A stretch of DNA of 64,000 nt from Capsulimonadaceae bacterium (GCA_965215505.1 OZ244065.1:5888001-5952000), one strand, 5' to 3'; counted from the first letter of the stretch, positions 30,924-41,371 are shown. Made by a program: numbers and translations. The notes: generated by a model from the sequence alone, not told the origin.

Positions 30924-31756
30924 ACAGTCCGATGAAAAGCCGCCTCTACTGGGCCTGGCGCAAGTGGCGCGCGCTGGTCGGCATGTTCGTCCAGGACGGG
31001 CTGGCCTACAAGGCGAACCTGATCATCTGGATCATGACCGACGTCGTCACCGCCGTCACCATGCCCCTGATCTGGCTCGCCTCCTACAACGGCCGGGCGC
31101 AGATCCACGGCTTCGCGCCCTCCGAGATGGTCGTTTATTACCTCGTCATGCTCTCGCTCACCGGGTTCATCGAGTCCCACTGCATGTGGGACATGGCCGC
31201 CGACGTCAAGGCGGGCAAGTTCAACATCTATCTCATCCGCCCGGTCTCGTACCTGATGTACATGTACGCCTCGAACCTCGGGTGGCGCGTCATGCGGACC
31301 CTGCTGGCCGTGCCGCTGTTCGCGCTGGTCGCCCTCGCCTTCCGCCGCTACCTGCCCGACCTGGGGGCTGGACACTACCACGCCGGGCCGGTCTTCTGGC
31401 TCGCCGTGATCCTGGGGCATTGGGTGTCGTTCGCTATCACTTACGCCTTCGGGCTGCTGGCCCTGTGGCTGTACGAGACGCGCTCCGTTTTCAACTTTTA
31501 TTATCTGCCGCTGATCATCTTCTCCGGTCAGCTTGCCCCCCTCGCCCTGCTGCCGCCGGGCTTACAAGCCTTCGTCCGGTGGACCCCATTCCCCTACACG
31601 CTCGCGTTTCCCGCCGGCATATTCCTGGGTAAAGTAGACGGCACACAGCTATGGATCGGGCTGGCCGGCCAGGTCGTTTGGATCGCCCTGGGTCTGCTGC
31701 TGGCGTCCCGGCTCTGGCGCGGCGGCCTGCGGCGCTTTGTCGCCTTCGGCATCTAA
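30920..31756 (+). CDS. ABC-2 family transporter permease
   Basis: DVK.G....YL.RP, FSG.L.PL.LLP, about six TM helices. Confidence 0.85.
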   Translation: MNSPMKSRLYWAWRKWRALVGMFVQDGLAYKANLIIWIMTDVVTAVTMPLIWLASYNGRAQIHGFAPSEMVVYYLVMLSLTGFIESHCMWDMAADVKAGKFNIYLIRPVSYLMYMYASNLGWRVMRTLLAVPLFALVALAFRRYLPDLGAGHYHAGPVFWLAVILGHWVSFAITYAFGLLALWLYETRSVFNFYYLPLIIFSGQLAPLALLPPGLQAFVRWTPFPYTLAFPAGIFLGKVDGTQLWIGLAGQVVWIALGLLLASRLWRGGLRRFVAFGI

Positions 31757-31771
31757 ACCCGGCACCTCAAC

Positions 31772-32743
31772 GTGAATAAAAACAACCACCTGCCGCTTCA
31801 CAACGCCGCCGCGATCCTCCTGACGGCCCTCCTGCTGGCGCTCTGCACCTGGGGCGAGCTGTTCATCAAGGACCTCGCCGGGGTCAACCGCCCCTACACG
31901 ATCTTTTACCTCATTCCGGTCGCCGTCGGGGCAGCGCTTCTTGGCATACGCGGCGGCATTCTATCCGCCCTTGCCGCCGTCCTTCTCGCGCGGCTGTACC
32001 TATTCACCGACAACAAGCACGGGTTCGCGCTGGTATCATTCCCCAGCGTCGCCGAGACGATCGAGTTCTTCGCGCTTCTCTCGGGGACTCTCACCATCGC
32101 GTTCATCACCGGACGTCTGCGCTCGACCCTGGGCGAGCTGAACCGGACGAACGGGAATTTGCAGGCGGCGAATGCCCGGCTGACCGAGAGCGAGCAGCAG
32201 CGGCGCGTCTTCAACCGGGACGTCCTGCTGGCCATCACCGGCGGCAAGCTGCGGCTCGTGGAACACGACGAGATGCCGCCGCGCGACCTCGTCTCCGAAA
32301 CCCCCACCATGACGCAGGTCTTGCGCGTGCCGCAGGACGCCAGCCGCCTGCGCCACGCCCTGGTGCGGCTGGGACAGGAAACCGGCATGGATGCCGAGCG
32401 CGTTGACGACCTCTGCACGGCCACCACCGAAGCGGCGACCAATGCCGTCAAGCACGGCAACGGCGGCCTGGCGACGGTCTGGGCTGGCCGTGAAGCCGTC
32501 ACCGTCCAGATCGCGGACCACGGCACGGGCATCGCGCCGGCCCATCTGGCGCGGGCCACCCTGGAACAGGGCTTTTCCACCCGCGTCTCGCTCGGCATGG
32601 GCTTTCACCTGATGCTCCAGTCAACCGATGCGCTCGCCCTCTGCACGGATTCACATGGCACCACCGTCTTCCTCCAGGTCTTCAACAAACCCCGGCCGAC
32701 CGCCCAGGAAGCCGCCCTCGCCCGCTACGGCGGCATCACCTAG
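31772..32743 (+). CDS. Membrane protein with RsbW-like HATPase domain
   Basis: N-terminal TM sensor (FYLIPV), coiled coil, EAATNAVKHG, DHGTGI, LGMGF. Confidence 0.75.
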   Translation: MNKNNHLPLHNAAAILLTALLLALCTWGELFIKDLAGVNRPYTIFYLIPVAVGAALLGIRGGILSALAAVLLARLYLFTDNKHGFALVSFPSVAETIEFFALLSGTLTIAFITGRLRSTLGELNRTNGNLQAANARLTESEQQRRVFNRDVLLAITGGKLRLVEHDEMPPRDLVSETPTMTQVLRVPQDASRLRHALVRLGQETGMDAERVDDLCTATTEAATNAVKHGNGGLATVWAGREAVTVQIADHGTGIAPAHLARATLEQGFSTRVSLGMGFHLMLQSTDALALCTDSHGTTVFLQVFNKPRPTAQEAALARYGGIT

Positions 32744-32755
32744 TCGGGCGGCGCA

Positions 32756-33583
32756 TTAGTCGCCGTAGGATACCGTCGCGCGGGCCGGCCCCAAAACGTC
32801 CTCGCCGGACACCCACCGTTCCACGGCCTGTGGCCGGTCCAGAGCGATCAGCAGGCCGCTGTTCAGCTCGCACCTGTGGTCCGCGTCTTCGGGCAGGCCC
32901 GCGCGGCGCACCGCCCCGACGAGGCCCGCCTGGATGCCCGCGTTGACGCCCAGGGGCCGCTGGTCCTGCACGGCCCGTAGGTCGCCGCCCCCGTCTTCCA
33001 TGACGCGCTCGCACGCGGCCACGTCGCGGCTGTTCCAGGAGCGGCAGGCGAGGGGCCGGACGCCGTGGGCCGAGCAGAGGCCGTCCTCCAGCAGCGCGCA
33101 GGGGACGGCGGCGCGCACCCGCCCGGTCGGAGTCAGGCCCCGAATGGTCGCGGAGGTCCACCGAAGCCTCTCCCGCAGCAGTGCGAGCTGTGCCTCCGTG
33201 CGCGTCGCGCGCAGGTGTCCGGCGATCAGGAACACCTCGGGGGCCGATGCCTCGACCGTCAGATAGCAGCAGAAGGAGCAGCCGGCCCGGCAGTCGTGTT
33301 GGACGACGTTCAGGCTCTGGACATAGCGCCAGGTCTGGTCGTAGCCGTCATGGGCTTCGCGCGCCGCCGCCGACAGCGCCGGGGGCGTGACCGGCCGACC
33401 CAGGTACGCCCCGAGCCGCCTCTCCGTGTCGCCCGCCAGGGCGCGCACGAACGGCATCATCTTTTCGGGCGTGGCCGCGAGCGGGTCGCGGCCCGCCGTC
33501 TGCCCTGCCGACGTCTCGGGGACCTCCCCAGGCGGCTTGGTGCGCCGCTTCGTCCTCCCAGCCATTCGGCTGCGGTCTTTCAT
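32756..33583 (-). CDS. YkgJ-family cysteine-cluster protein
   Basis: CRAGCSFCC...CALL..GLCSAH.VRPLACR. Confidence 0.8.
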   Translation of the reverse strand: MKDRSRMAGRTKRRTKPPGEVPETSAGQTAGRDPLAATPEKMMPFVRALAGDTERRLGAYLGRPVTPPALSAAAREAHDGYDQTWRYVQSLNVVQHDCRAGCSFCCYLTVEASAPEVFLIAGHLRATRTEAQLALLRERLRWTSATIRGLTPTGRVRAAVPCALLEDGLCSAHGVRPLACRSWNSRDVAACERVMEDGGGDLRAVQDQRPLGVNAGIQAGLVGAVRRAGLPEDADHRCELNSGLLIALDRPQAVERWVSGEDVLGPARATVSYGD

Positions 33584-33718
33584 GGCTTTCCTTCCTGCTC
33601 CCACTGTGGTGAAGACCGCCGGGACTCTCCAGGCGGCACTACACTTTACCACGTCTACGCCCCCCACGCCTGCGCCCGCCGCCGAATAGTTTACAGCCTT
33701 GGTGTGTTCCCTTTCCTC

Positions 33719-33772
33719 TTAACAAATCCTTAACATTCGCTTAAAGCTCGTTTAACATTGGGCCAGTAAAAT
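33719..33772 (+). promoter_or_regulatory. Pho-box-like array of four 11-bp-spaced TTAACA repeats plus a -10 element
   Basis: TTAACA 33719, TTAACA 33730, TTAAAG 33741, TTAACA 33752; TAAAAT at 33767. Confidence 0.7.
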
Positions 33773-33821
33773 GACCTGGCGCAGTGTGACATTCACCCGA
33801 ATACCTAAAGGAGCAGCATCC

Positions 33822-34478
33822 GTGAAATCCTTATCCCTTCGTCGGCCCCTGAGCCACGCCGCCTTGCTCGGCCTCGCCGCCGCGGCCTTCCTGTGCGCCG
33901 GGAGCGCGTCCGCCCAGAACTCGCCCTATGCCTTCCAGATCATTAATGGGACGCTCTCCGGGGGCGACCCCGTCGAGTCCGTCACCGACGACCTCACCTT
34001 CAACAACCTCGTAGTGACGGAGACTTTCAGCGACGGCTTCATCACCCCGATCTCTTTGGGCAGCCTGAACACGGGCACCCTCTTCACCGAGACGCCGGCC
34101 ACCCTGTATGACCCCGTCCACGGCGCGCTGGCTACCGCCGTGTTGAGCGGCACCCTGGGCATCGACGGGTTCCCCGCGACCAGTGTCCTGAACGTGGCCT
34201 TGCAGAAGTCGCCCGGCGGCCCCACGACGAGTCAGTACATCAGCACCGCCTTCTCGACGACCCTGAGCCTCAGCCCCTTCAGCGCCGCACCGGCGGGCAG
34301 CATCAGCGTCGGACAGTTTTCCCTGGAGGCCGGCGGCAATCCCCTCTTCGGAGCTGCCCCCACCGAGATCGTCGTCGCCCCGGCCGTGCCGGAGGCCTCC
34401 ACGGTCGTTTCCCTGGGGCTGATGCTGGCCCTCGGCCTGGGCGGGCTGGCCGTCACGCGCCGCCGTGCCGCCAAGTGA
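33822..34478 (+). CDS. PEP-CTERM-like (VPEAST) exosortase-target surface protein
   Basis: Signal peptide; C-terminal AVPEASTVVSLGLMLALGLGGLAVTRRRAAK; AAGGAG RBS, GTG start. Confidence 0.85.
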   Translation: MKSLSLRRPLSHAALLGLAAAAFLCAGSASAQNSPYAFQIINGTLSGGDPVESVTDDLTFNNLVVTETFSDGFITPISLGSLNTGTLFTETPATLYDPVHGALATAVLSGTLGIDGFPATSVLNVALQKSPGGPTTSQYISTAFSTTLSLSPFSAAPAGSISVGQFSLEAGGNPLFGAAPTEIVVAPAVPEASTVVSLGLMLALGLGGLAVTRRRAAK

Positions 34479-34509
34479 AGGCGTTTTTACGATGAGGAGG
34501 AACATCACG

Positions 34510-37500
34510 ATGAAGCGAAATCAACTCAAGAAGCGAAATCAACTCAAGAACGGGGCGGCAGCCCTGGGCGCGGCCCTGCTCGGGCTGCTCGCCGGCTCCG
34601 CCGCGACGGCGCAGGTGGACGGCACCAACTGGGGCACCATCACCACCCCCGTCTACGGCACCTCGGAAACGGCCGTCGCGAACGGGACCTACAGCGCCGC
34701 CGAACTGCTCGCCGGGCCGAACAAGTCCGGAGAACTGTCGCTCCCGTCCACACTGACGCCCACCTACTTCGACGGCGTCCTGCCCAACGGCAAGAAGGTC
34801 ACGCCTGCGGGCGTCGTCGCCCAGATCGGTATGCACCCGCTGGGCAGCGCCTTGACGCCCGACGGCCAGTACATCATCCTCTCGTGCGACGACGAGCGCA
34901 ACATCACCGGCGGCCTCTCGACGCAGCCTTCGCCGACTACGGCGGGAACCACGGTCAACCTGCTCGGCGGCTACTCGGTCACCGTCCTGCGGACCTCGGA
35001 CATGAAGGTCGCTGCCCAGGCCAACGTCGGCCCGCTGTTCGTCGGCCTTCAAGTGGTTGCGAACGGCGCAGGCGGCTACACCGTCTACGCTTCCGGCGGC
35101 GGCGACCACAACGTCAAGGTCCTGACGTTCACCCCCCCGGCCACCGCGACCTCGCTCGGCACGCTGACGTCGGGGACGCCCATCAAGATCAACCCGATCA
35201 CGCCGAACGGCACGGCCACCAACTTCGCCGCGCTCCCTAACACCGGTGCCTTCAACGGCGGCGACTTCCCGGAGAACAGCGGCAACAGCGGCGGCGTCGT
35301 TGGCAGCGGCAGCGGCAACCGGCTGACCTTCCCGGCCGGCTCCGCCCTCAGCCCGACCGGCCGCTACTTGTATGTCGCCTGCAACGCCGACAACAGCCTG
35401 GCCGTCATTGACACCACCACCAACACAGTCATCAAGCAGGTCCCGGTCGGCTTCCTGCCCTACGGCGTCTCGGTCAGCCGCGACGGTTCCAAGGTCCTCG
35501 TCTCCAACTGGGGCGTCCAGCAGTACAGCTTCCTCGCCCCCCCGACGCTCGATGGGAACGGCAACGTGACCGCCCTTGCCTCAGTCACCCCCAGCGCCCC
35601 GAACGTCAGCGGCCTGTTCTTCGTGCCGGTCACCAGTACGGCGGGCACCAACCCGCAGACCTCTTCGGTGTCCGTCGTCTCCGTCCCCGGCGGTAACCCC
35701 GCCAGCGCCACCCTCCTGGGCAGCATCTACGAGGGCCAGCCCGCCGGGCTGGACGACCGCAGCATCGTCGGCGAGACCCACCCCTCCGCTTCGGCCATCG
35801 TGCGTCGCGGCACTATCGAGGTGGAGTACGTCGCCAAGGCCGGCAGCGACGCCCTGGGGCTGATCCTGGTCGCCAACAGCCGCAAGCTGCAAGACGTGGA
35901 CCTGTCTCCGCTCAATCTGAACCTGGACAGCCACACCGTCCACGGCACCTATCCTAACGCTTTGGCGGTCTCGCCGGACAACACGCGGCTTTATGTCGCC
36001 GAGGCGGGCCTGAACTCGGTGGCCGTGCTCGACACGACCAACCCGATGGCCCCCGTCCTGATCGGGCGCATCCCCACCGGCTGGTATCCCACTGCCCTGA
36101 GCGTCAGCGCGGACGGCAGGACCCTCTATATCGTCAGCGACAAGGGCGTCGGCGAGGACATCAACCCGGCGACGAACCTCGCCACCAACCCGACGGCCAG
36201 CGGCATCGAGTCGTTCAGCAACTCCAACTCCATCTTCGGCACCTTGCAGAAGGTTGACCTGACCCGCTACACGCCTGACCAGACCACCGCCCTGGCGAAC
36301 AACTTCGCCGTCCAGTCCGGCAAACTCGACACCTCCATCGTGCCGCTCGGCGGCCCGGCCTCGAACAAGATCAAGCATGTGATCTTCATCCTGCACGAGA
36401 ACAAGACCTTCGACTCCATGCTCGGCAATCAGGCCCACTTCGGCGCCTTCGCCAACCAGAACTATAATCTGGCGAATGGCACGACCAGCCTGGACACCGA
36501 GTACGCGGTGACCGGGCCGACCGGCTTCACGCAGCTCGCCTACAACACGCAGGCGCTGGCCGACACCTTCGCCACCGGCGTCAACTACTACTCGGACGCC
36601 GAGGAGAGCGACGGCGGGCATCAGTTCAGCGCCTCGGGCACGGCCAGCGACTACACCGAAAAGACGCTTCTCGTCAAGGGCGGGCGCGGCCTGCTCGCCA
36701 ACAAGAACATGGAGCCGGAGGACTACCCGGAGGGCGGCTACATCTTCAACAACGCCGCCCGCAACGGCGTCTCCTTCAAGGATTACGGGGCGCTCATCCG
36801 CGTCACCGGCACCGACAACGGCTACGCCAACCCGGCCAAGACCATTGACCCGCCCAGCGGCGGGGGCGGCCTGCCACTGGTGACGGGGCCGACGGTCAAC
36901 GGCGTCACCCTCGGGGCCGAGAGCAACCCGGTCCTCAACGGCCAGAACACCACTAGTGCTCCGTCCGCCTCCACTACGGTCGTCGAGGTGCCCGGCAGCG
37001 ATGTCACCTCGGCGACTCAAGGGCTGGGCCAGTCCTACTTCCTGAAGAACCCGATCCTCGCCATTTTGGGCGAAGCGAACGCCAACGGCGAGCCGCACCT
37101 GGACGTGAACTATCCGGGCTACAACTTCGGCATTTCCGACCAGCGCCGCGCCCTGGAGTTCATCAAGGACTTCGACCGCATGAGCGCCGCGGGCACGCTG
37201 CCGCAGTTCATCTACCTCTACCAGCCGAACGACCACTCCGGCAACCCCGCCGCCACGACCAACATCAGCATCACCGGCGGCAGTCCCTCGGGCGCGGAAC
37301 TGATCGCCGACGGCGACACGGCCCTCGGCATGGTGGTGAAGCACATCATGGGCACCCCCACCTACTACAACAGCGCCGACGGCACCGGCAGCGCGATCTT
37401 CATGACCTACGACGATGCCCAATCCGGCCGGGACCACCTGGACCCGCACCGGACGCCGATGATCGTCATCAGCCCCTACGCCAAGCCCGGCTTCCTGGGG

Positions 37501-37959
37501 ACGCGCCACTACTCGACGGCTTCCATCGTCAAGACCGAAGAACTGCTGCTGGGCCTGCCGCCGAACAACTACGGCGACCTGTTCGCCACCGACCTGCGCG
37601 ACATGTTCCAGTCGAGCTACAACGGCATCGCGCTCGGGCCGGACGGCCTGACTCTGATCCAGACGAAGAGCGGCAAGGCGCTCATCAAGCTCCACAGCAA
37701 GAGTACTTATGTGGCGACAGCGGAGGGCCGCAAGGTCTGGAAGCTTTCCGAGAAACTGGACTCGTCCTCCCCGGACCAGGACAGCCAGCGCCTGAGCCTC
37801 GTCACCCTGCTCTCAATGCAGGCCGACTCGCTGCACCATCAGGCGGCGAAGAAGAACCGCCTGCACACGACCGGGTACAAAGCTGCCCAGGCCCGCGTCT
37901 ACCAGGCCGCCGTGCGCGTCGTCAACGGCCCCAAAGCCGGCGACACCGACGGCGACTAG
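34510..37959 (+). CDS. Secreted YVTN/YncE beta-propeller plus phosphoesterase (alkaline phosphatase-like) protein
   Basis: Signal peptide, beta-propeller repeats (IPTGWYP), IKHVIFILHENKTFDSMLG, PNDH, DDAQSG.DH...HR. Confidence 0.88.
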   Translation: MKRNQLKKRNQLKNGAAALGAALLGLLAGSAATAQVDGTNWGTITTPVYGTSETAVANGTYSAAELLAGPNKSGELSLPSTLTPTYFDGVLPNGKKVTPAGVVAQIGMHPLGSALTPDGQYIILSCDDERNITGGLSTQPSPTTAGTTVNLLGGYSVTVLRTSDMKVAAQANVGPLFVGLQVVANGAGGYTVYASGGGDHNVKVLTFTPPATATSLGTLTSGTPIKINPITPNGTATNFAALPNTGAFNGGDFPENSGNSGGVVGSGSGNRLTFPAGSALSPTGRYLYVACNADNSLAVIDTTTNTVIKQVPVGFLPYGVSVSRDGSKVLVSNWGVQQYSFLAPPTLDGNGNVTALASVTPSAPNVSGLFFVPVTSTAGTNPQTSSVSVVSVPGGNPASATLLGSIYEGQPAGLDDRSIVGETHPSASAIVRRGTIEVEYVAKAGSDALGLILVANSRKLQDVDLSPLNLNLDSHTVHGTYPNALAVSPDNTRLYVAEAGLNSVAVLDTTNPMAPVLIGRIPTGWYPTALSVSADGRTLYIVSDKGVGEDINPATNLATNPTASGIESFSNSNSIFGTLQKVDLTRYTPDQTTALANNFAVQSGKLDTSIVPLGGPASNKIKHVIFILHENKTFDSMLGNQAHFGAFANQNYNLANGTTSLDTEYAVTGPTGFTQLAYNTQALADTFATGVNYYSDAEESDGGHQFSASGTASDYTEKTLLVKGGRGLLANKNMEPEDYPEGGYIFNNAARNGVSFKDYGALIRVTGTDNGYANPAKTIDPPSGGGGLPLVTGPTVNGVTLGAESNPVLNGQNTTSAPSASTTVVEVPGSDVTSATQGLGQSYFLKNPILAILGEANANGEPHLDVNYPGYNFGISDQRRALEFIKDFDRMSAAGTLPQFIYLYQPNDHSGNPAATTNISITGGSPSGAELIADGDTALGMVVKHIMGTPTYYNSADGTGSAIFMTYDDAQSGRDHLDPHRTPMIVISPYAKPGFLGTRHYSTASIVKTEELLLGLPPNNYGDLFATDLRDMFQSSYNGIALGPDGLTLIQTKSGKALIKLHSKSTYVATAEGRKVWKLSEKLDSSSPDQDSQRLSLVTLLSMQADSLHHQAAKKNRLHTTGYKAAQARVYQAAVRVVNGPKAGDTDGD

Positions 37960-37967
37960 AACCCACT

Positions 37968-37997
37968 GCCCCGGCTTCCCCAAGCTGGGGCTTTTTT
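37968..37997 (+). terminator. Intrinsic terminator
   Basis: GCCCCGGCTT-loop-AAGCTGGGGC followed by T6. Confidence 0.7.
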
Positions 37998-38013
37998 CGC
38001 CCGTTTGGAGACA

Positions 38014-40830
38014 ATGATGCTCTGCACACGAAACATAAGTAAGCGAAACTCGTTAGCCCTGCTCGGTGCCGCCGCCGTCGCCCTACTCGGCGTCCCTGTC
38101 GGGGCGCAGAACACGAACCCACTCGTCACGGGCAAGCGGATCACCCTGCCGCCGCTCGGGACGCAGGCGAACGTCGGCAGCCTGCCGATGAACATGATCC
38201 TCAGCCCTGACGGCCGGTACGCCGTCGCCACCGACATGGGCTTCCGGCAGGCGCTGTCGGTCCTGGACACCTCGACCGGCGCGGTCCTCTCGCAGACGCC
38301 GTTCTTCCCGGACCCGAACCAGCCCGGCGTCAACGCCGGCGACCCCAAGAAGATCAACCTCTACTACGGGCTGGCCTTCGCGCCGACCGCCAACCCCGAT
38401 GGCAGCTACACCCTGTATGCGTCCCAGGGCAGCAATGCCGCCGTCGGAGTCTACAGCCTGGCGAACGGCACTCTGACCTCGACGGGTACCATCCCCCTCA
38501 AGCCGGGCGACTTCGCGGCCGGACTCGCGACCGACGCGCGCGGCTACCTGTATGTGGCCGTCAACGAATATTATGGCGGCCCGGACCCGACGGGGCCGCT
38601 CACGCAGCCCGGCCGGCTCCTGGTCTATAACACCGCCGTCAGCCCCGCCGCCGAGGTCGCCCGCGTCTCGGTGGGGAATGCAGCCCTGCTCAACTCCTTC
38701 CCCCTGGCCGTGGCCGCACTGGGCGACGGCAGCAAGGTCTACGTCTCCAGCCAGCGCGACGGCGCGGTGTATGTCTTCAATGCCTCCGTCCCCGCCGCCA
38801 CGGCGGCGGCCGGCGTCCTGCCGACCGGCGCGCACCCGGACGCGCTGCTGCTGAACCGGGCGCAGACCAAGCTCTACGTCGCCAACGCCCACTCCGACAC
38901 CGTCTCGGTCATCAACACGGCGGACAACAGCGCCGCCGCGACGGTCCTGCTCCGGCCGAGCGGTGCGACGACATTGGCGGGCGCGACGCCGACCGGCCTG
39001 GCCTTGACGCCGGACGAGAGCCGCCTGTATGTGACCCTGGGCGACATGAACGCCGTCGCCGTCGTGGACCTGACGGCGGGGGCGACGGTCGGCTACATCC
39101 CGACCGGCTGGTATCCGACCGCCGTGGTGGCCTCGCCATTCAGGAAGCAGATCCTGGTCGCCGACGCCAAGGGGACCGCCACGCGCAACCCGAACCCCGG
39201 CCAGAAGGTGTACGACCTGCCAGGCGGCAAGAGTACCGATAGCGCGGGCCGGTTCTATGACCTGAACATCATCGAGGGCCAGGTGCAGACGATGCCGGTC
39301 CCCAACCCGGCACAGCTCGCGGCCCAGACGCAGCAGGTGGTCCTCAACAACCGGCTCACACAGATCGGGGTCGTCCCCGCCCCGTTCGGCCAGATCGGCT
39401 TGAAGGCGGGCGGCATCCAGCACGTCATCTACATCGTCAAGGAGAACCGGACCTACGACCAGGTCCTCGGCGATCTGCCCCAGGGCAACGGCGAGCCTGA
39501 CCTCGCCATCTTCGGCCAGAAGGTGACACCGAACCTGCACGCCCTGGCCTCCCGATTCGTCCTGCTGGACAACTTCTATGACTGCGGCGAGGCCTCCGGC
39601 GACGGCTGGCCCTGGTCCACCCAGGGCATCGCCACCGAATACGTCATCAAGAACCTGCCCTACAACTACAGCGGCCGGGGCCGGAACTATGACTTCGAGG
39701 GCCAGAACAACGGCTACCTCGTGGGCGGCTTCGCGGCCAAGGACCCCAACGGCAAGACGAACTCCACCGTCTTCACGAACGGGGCACCCGCCATCCCCGA
39801 CGTCTCCGAAGCGCCCGCCGGACACATCTGGGACCTGGTCGCAAGCGCCAAACTGTCCTACCGCAACTACGGCTTCTTCACCTCGTTCGGCGTCGGCACG
39901 GTCCTGCCGGACAATTACCCGACGGCCAAGGGCCTACTGCCTCCGGGCCGCTACACGTCCGGCGCGCTGGACCCCGTGGCGAACGGCATCACCGACTTCG
40001 ACTTCCGCCGCTTCGACACTGCCTATCCCGATAGCGATGCGCCGGCCCTGTACGGCTTCCAGGGCTACCCGACGCAGGCTTACGGCGCGTTCAGCGCCAA
40101 GAGCCGCTTCACCGAATGGAGCCGCGAGTTCCAGGCGCAGCTCGCGGCCAACGCCGTCCCGACGTTCTCGATGGTCCGCTTCATGAATGACCACACCGCC
40201 GGCCTTGCGTCCGGCGTGGCCTCGCCGCAGGCGCACGTCGCCGACAACGACTATGCCGTGGGCCAGCTCGTGGATGCGGTCAGCAAGAGCAGCATCTGGA
40301 ACAGTACGGCGATCTTCATCATCGAGGACGACGCCCAGGACGGACCCGACCATGTGGACGCCCACCGCTCCACCTGCTACGTCATCAGCCCTTACATCAA
40401 GCAGGCTTCTGTAGACCATACGTTTTACAACACGGACAGCGTGCTGAAGACGATGGAGCTGCTGCTGGGACTGCCGCCGATGAGCCAGTATGATGCCGTG
40501 GCGACCCCGTTCCTGGACTTCGATACCGCGCCGAACAACGGCGGGACCTACACGGCCCTCCAGCCGGCCCAGGCGATCATCACGGACACCAACCCCGTGT
40601 TGTCGTCCCTGAAGCCGGGCACGATGGCCTACCACCTGGCGAAGCTGGCGAGCAAGCTCGACCTGATCCACCCGGACAGCGCGCCGGCCGCCCTGCTGAC
40701 CGAGATGGAATGGAAGAGCGTCAAGGGCATGAACGCTAAGGTCCCCGCGACGCACCACAGCGGCCTCGTGCTGACGCGCCCCGCGTCCCCCAAGGCGGCG
40801 GCCCATGCCGCCGTCAAAGACGGCGACTAG
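38014..40830 (+). CDS. Secreted YVTN/YncE beta-propeller plus phosphoesterase protein (paralog of 34510-37959)
   Basis: IQHVIYIVKENRTYDQVLGD, DNFY, NDHT, EDDAQDGPDHVDAHR. Confidence 0.9.
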   Translation: MMLCTRNISKRNSLALLGAAAVALLGVPVGAQNTNPLVTGKRITLPPLGTQANVGSLPMNMILSPDGRYAVATDMGFRQALSVLDTSTGAVLSQTPFFPDPNQPGVNAGDPKKINLYYGLAFAPTANPDGSYTLYASQGSNAAVGVYSLANGTLTSTGTIPLKPGDFAAGLATDARGYLYVAVNEYYGGPDPTGPLTQPGRLLVYNTAVSPAAEVARVSVGNAALLNSFPLAVAALGDGSKVYVSSQRDGAVYVFNASVPAATAAAGVLPTGAHPDALLLNRAQTKLYVANAHSDTVSVINTADNSAAATVLLRPSGATTLAGATPTGLALTPDESRLYVTLGDMNAVAVVDLTAGATVGYIPTGWYPTAVVASPFRKQILVADAKGTATRNPNPGQKVYDLPGGKSTDSAGRFYDLNIIEGQVQTMPVPNPAQLAAQTQQVVLNNRLTQIGVVPAPFGQIGLKAGGIQHVIYIVKENRTYDQVLGDLPQGNGEPDLAIFGQKVTPNLHALASRFVLLDNFYDCGEASGDGWPWSTQGIATEYVIKNLPYNYSGRGRNYDFEGQNNGYLVGGFAAKDPNGKTNSTVFTNGAPAIPDVSEAPAGHIWDLVASAKLSYRNYGFFTSFGVGTVLPDNYPTAKGLLPPGRYTSGALDPVANGITDFDFRRFDTAYPDSDAPALYGFQGYPTQAYGAFSAKSRFTEWSREFQAQLAANAVPTFSMVRFMNDHTAGLASGVASPQAHVADNDYAVGQLVDAVSKSSIWNSTAIFIIEDDAQDGPDHVDAHRSTCYVISPYIKQASVDHTFYNTDSVLKTMELLLGLPPMSQYDAVATPFLDFDTAPNNGGTYTALQPAQAIITDTNPVLSSLKPGTMAYHLAKLASKLDLIHPDSAPAALLTEMEWKSVKGMNAKVPATHHSGLVLTRPASPKAAAHAAVKDGD

Positions 40831-40850
40831 CCGCCCTCGCCTCCACATAG

Positions 40851-40886
40851 GAAGCCCCGCGTCCAAGCAGTGGACGCGGGGCTTTC
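40851..40886 (+). terminator. Terminator-like hairpin
   Basis: GAAGCCCCGCGTCCA-loop-TGGACGCGGGGCTTTC. Confidence 0.55.
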
Positions 40887-40927
40887 CCCCGTCAAGGCTC
40901 GACGTTGGGGGAGCGGATGCGGCAGGA

Positions 40928-40988
40928 AGGGCGAACACAAGGTTCGCCCCTACGGGGCAAGATGTACGGGCGTGATTCATCGCGCCCT
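40928..40988. repeat. Inverted pair of GTAG-type REP-like palindromes
   Basis: 40928-40953 is the exact reverse complement of 36-61; 40964-40988 resembles the reverse complement of 1-25. Confidence 0.75.
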
Positions 40989-41104
40989 CCCCCCATGCGC
41001 GCCCCCTCCGCCCTCTGTGCCAGACATAAGAAGGCCGCCCACCATCGGTATGGCGGGCGGCCTCGGTCATCCGGCCTTCGTCCCTGCGTGCCTACACGTT
41101 TGCC

Positions 41105-41371
41105 TTACATCTTCGCGCCGCGCATCGCCCGGCTCTCCCTGGCTGCGCGCGGCAGGCTGGACATCCGCACGATGGTGAGCGGGTCGCCGCCCTTGTCGTG
41201 CATCCCGTGCGCCCGCGCGTAGGCCACCGAATAGTAGCGCTTGTCCTTGGCATCGTAGGCGACCATCTTGCGTCCGTGATGTCGGTGTGCGGCATGGGCG
41301 GCAGGCGGAACGGCGAGCAGAGCAACGGCGGCGAGAACGACCGCCGCAGTGAAAGGTGTCTTCGACCTCAT
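41105..41371 (-). CDS. Small secreted hypothetical protein
   Basis: Signal peptide ending AHA; GGAGG RBS directly after the upstream gene. Confidence 0.6.
   Translation of the reverse strand: MRSKTPFTAAVVLAAVALLAVPPAAHAAHRHHGRKMVAYDAKDKRYYSVAYARAHGMHDKGGDPLTIVRMSSLPRAARESRAMRGAKM

Noticed and set aside
35581-39825. Long antisense ORFs (35581-37695, 38083-39825; likewise 19331-21139, 52589-54343, 56677-58233)
   Set aside because: These are stop-poor shadow frames expected opposite high-GC genes and show no recognisable motifs.
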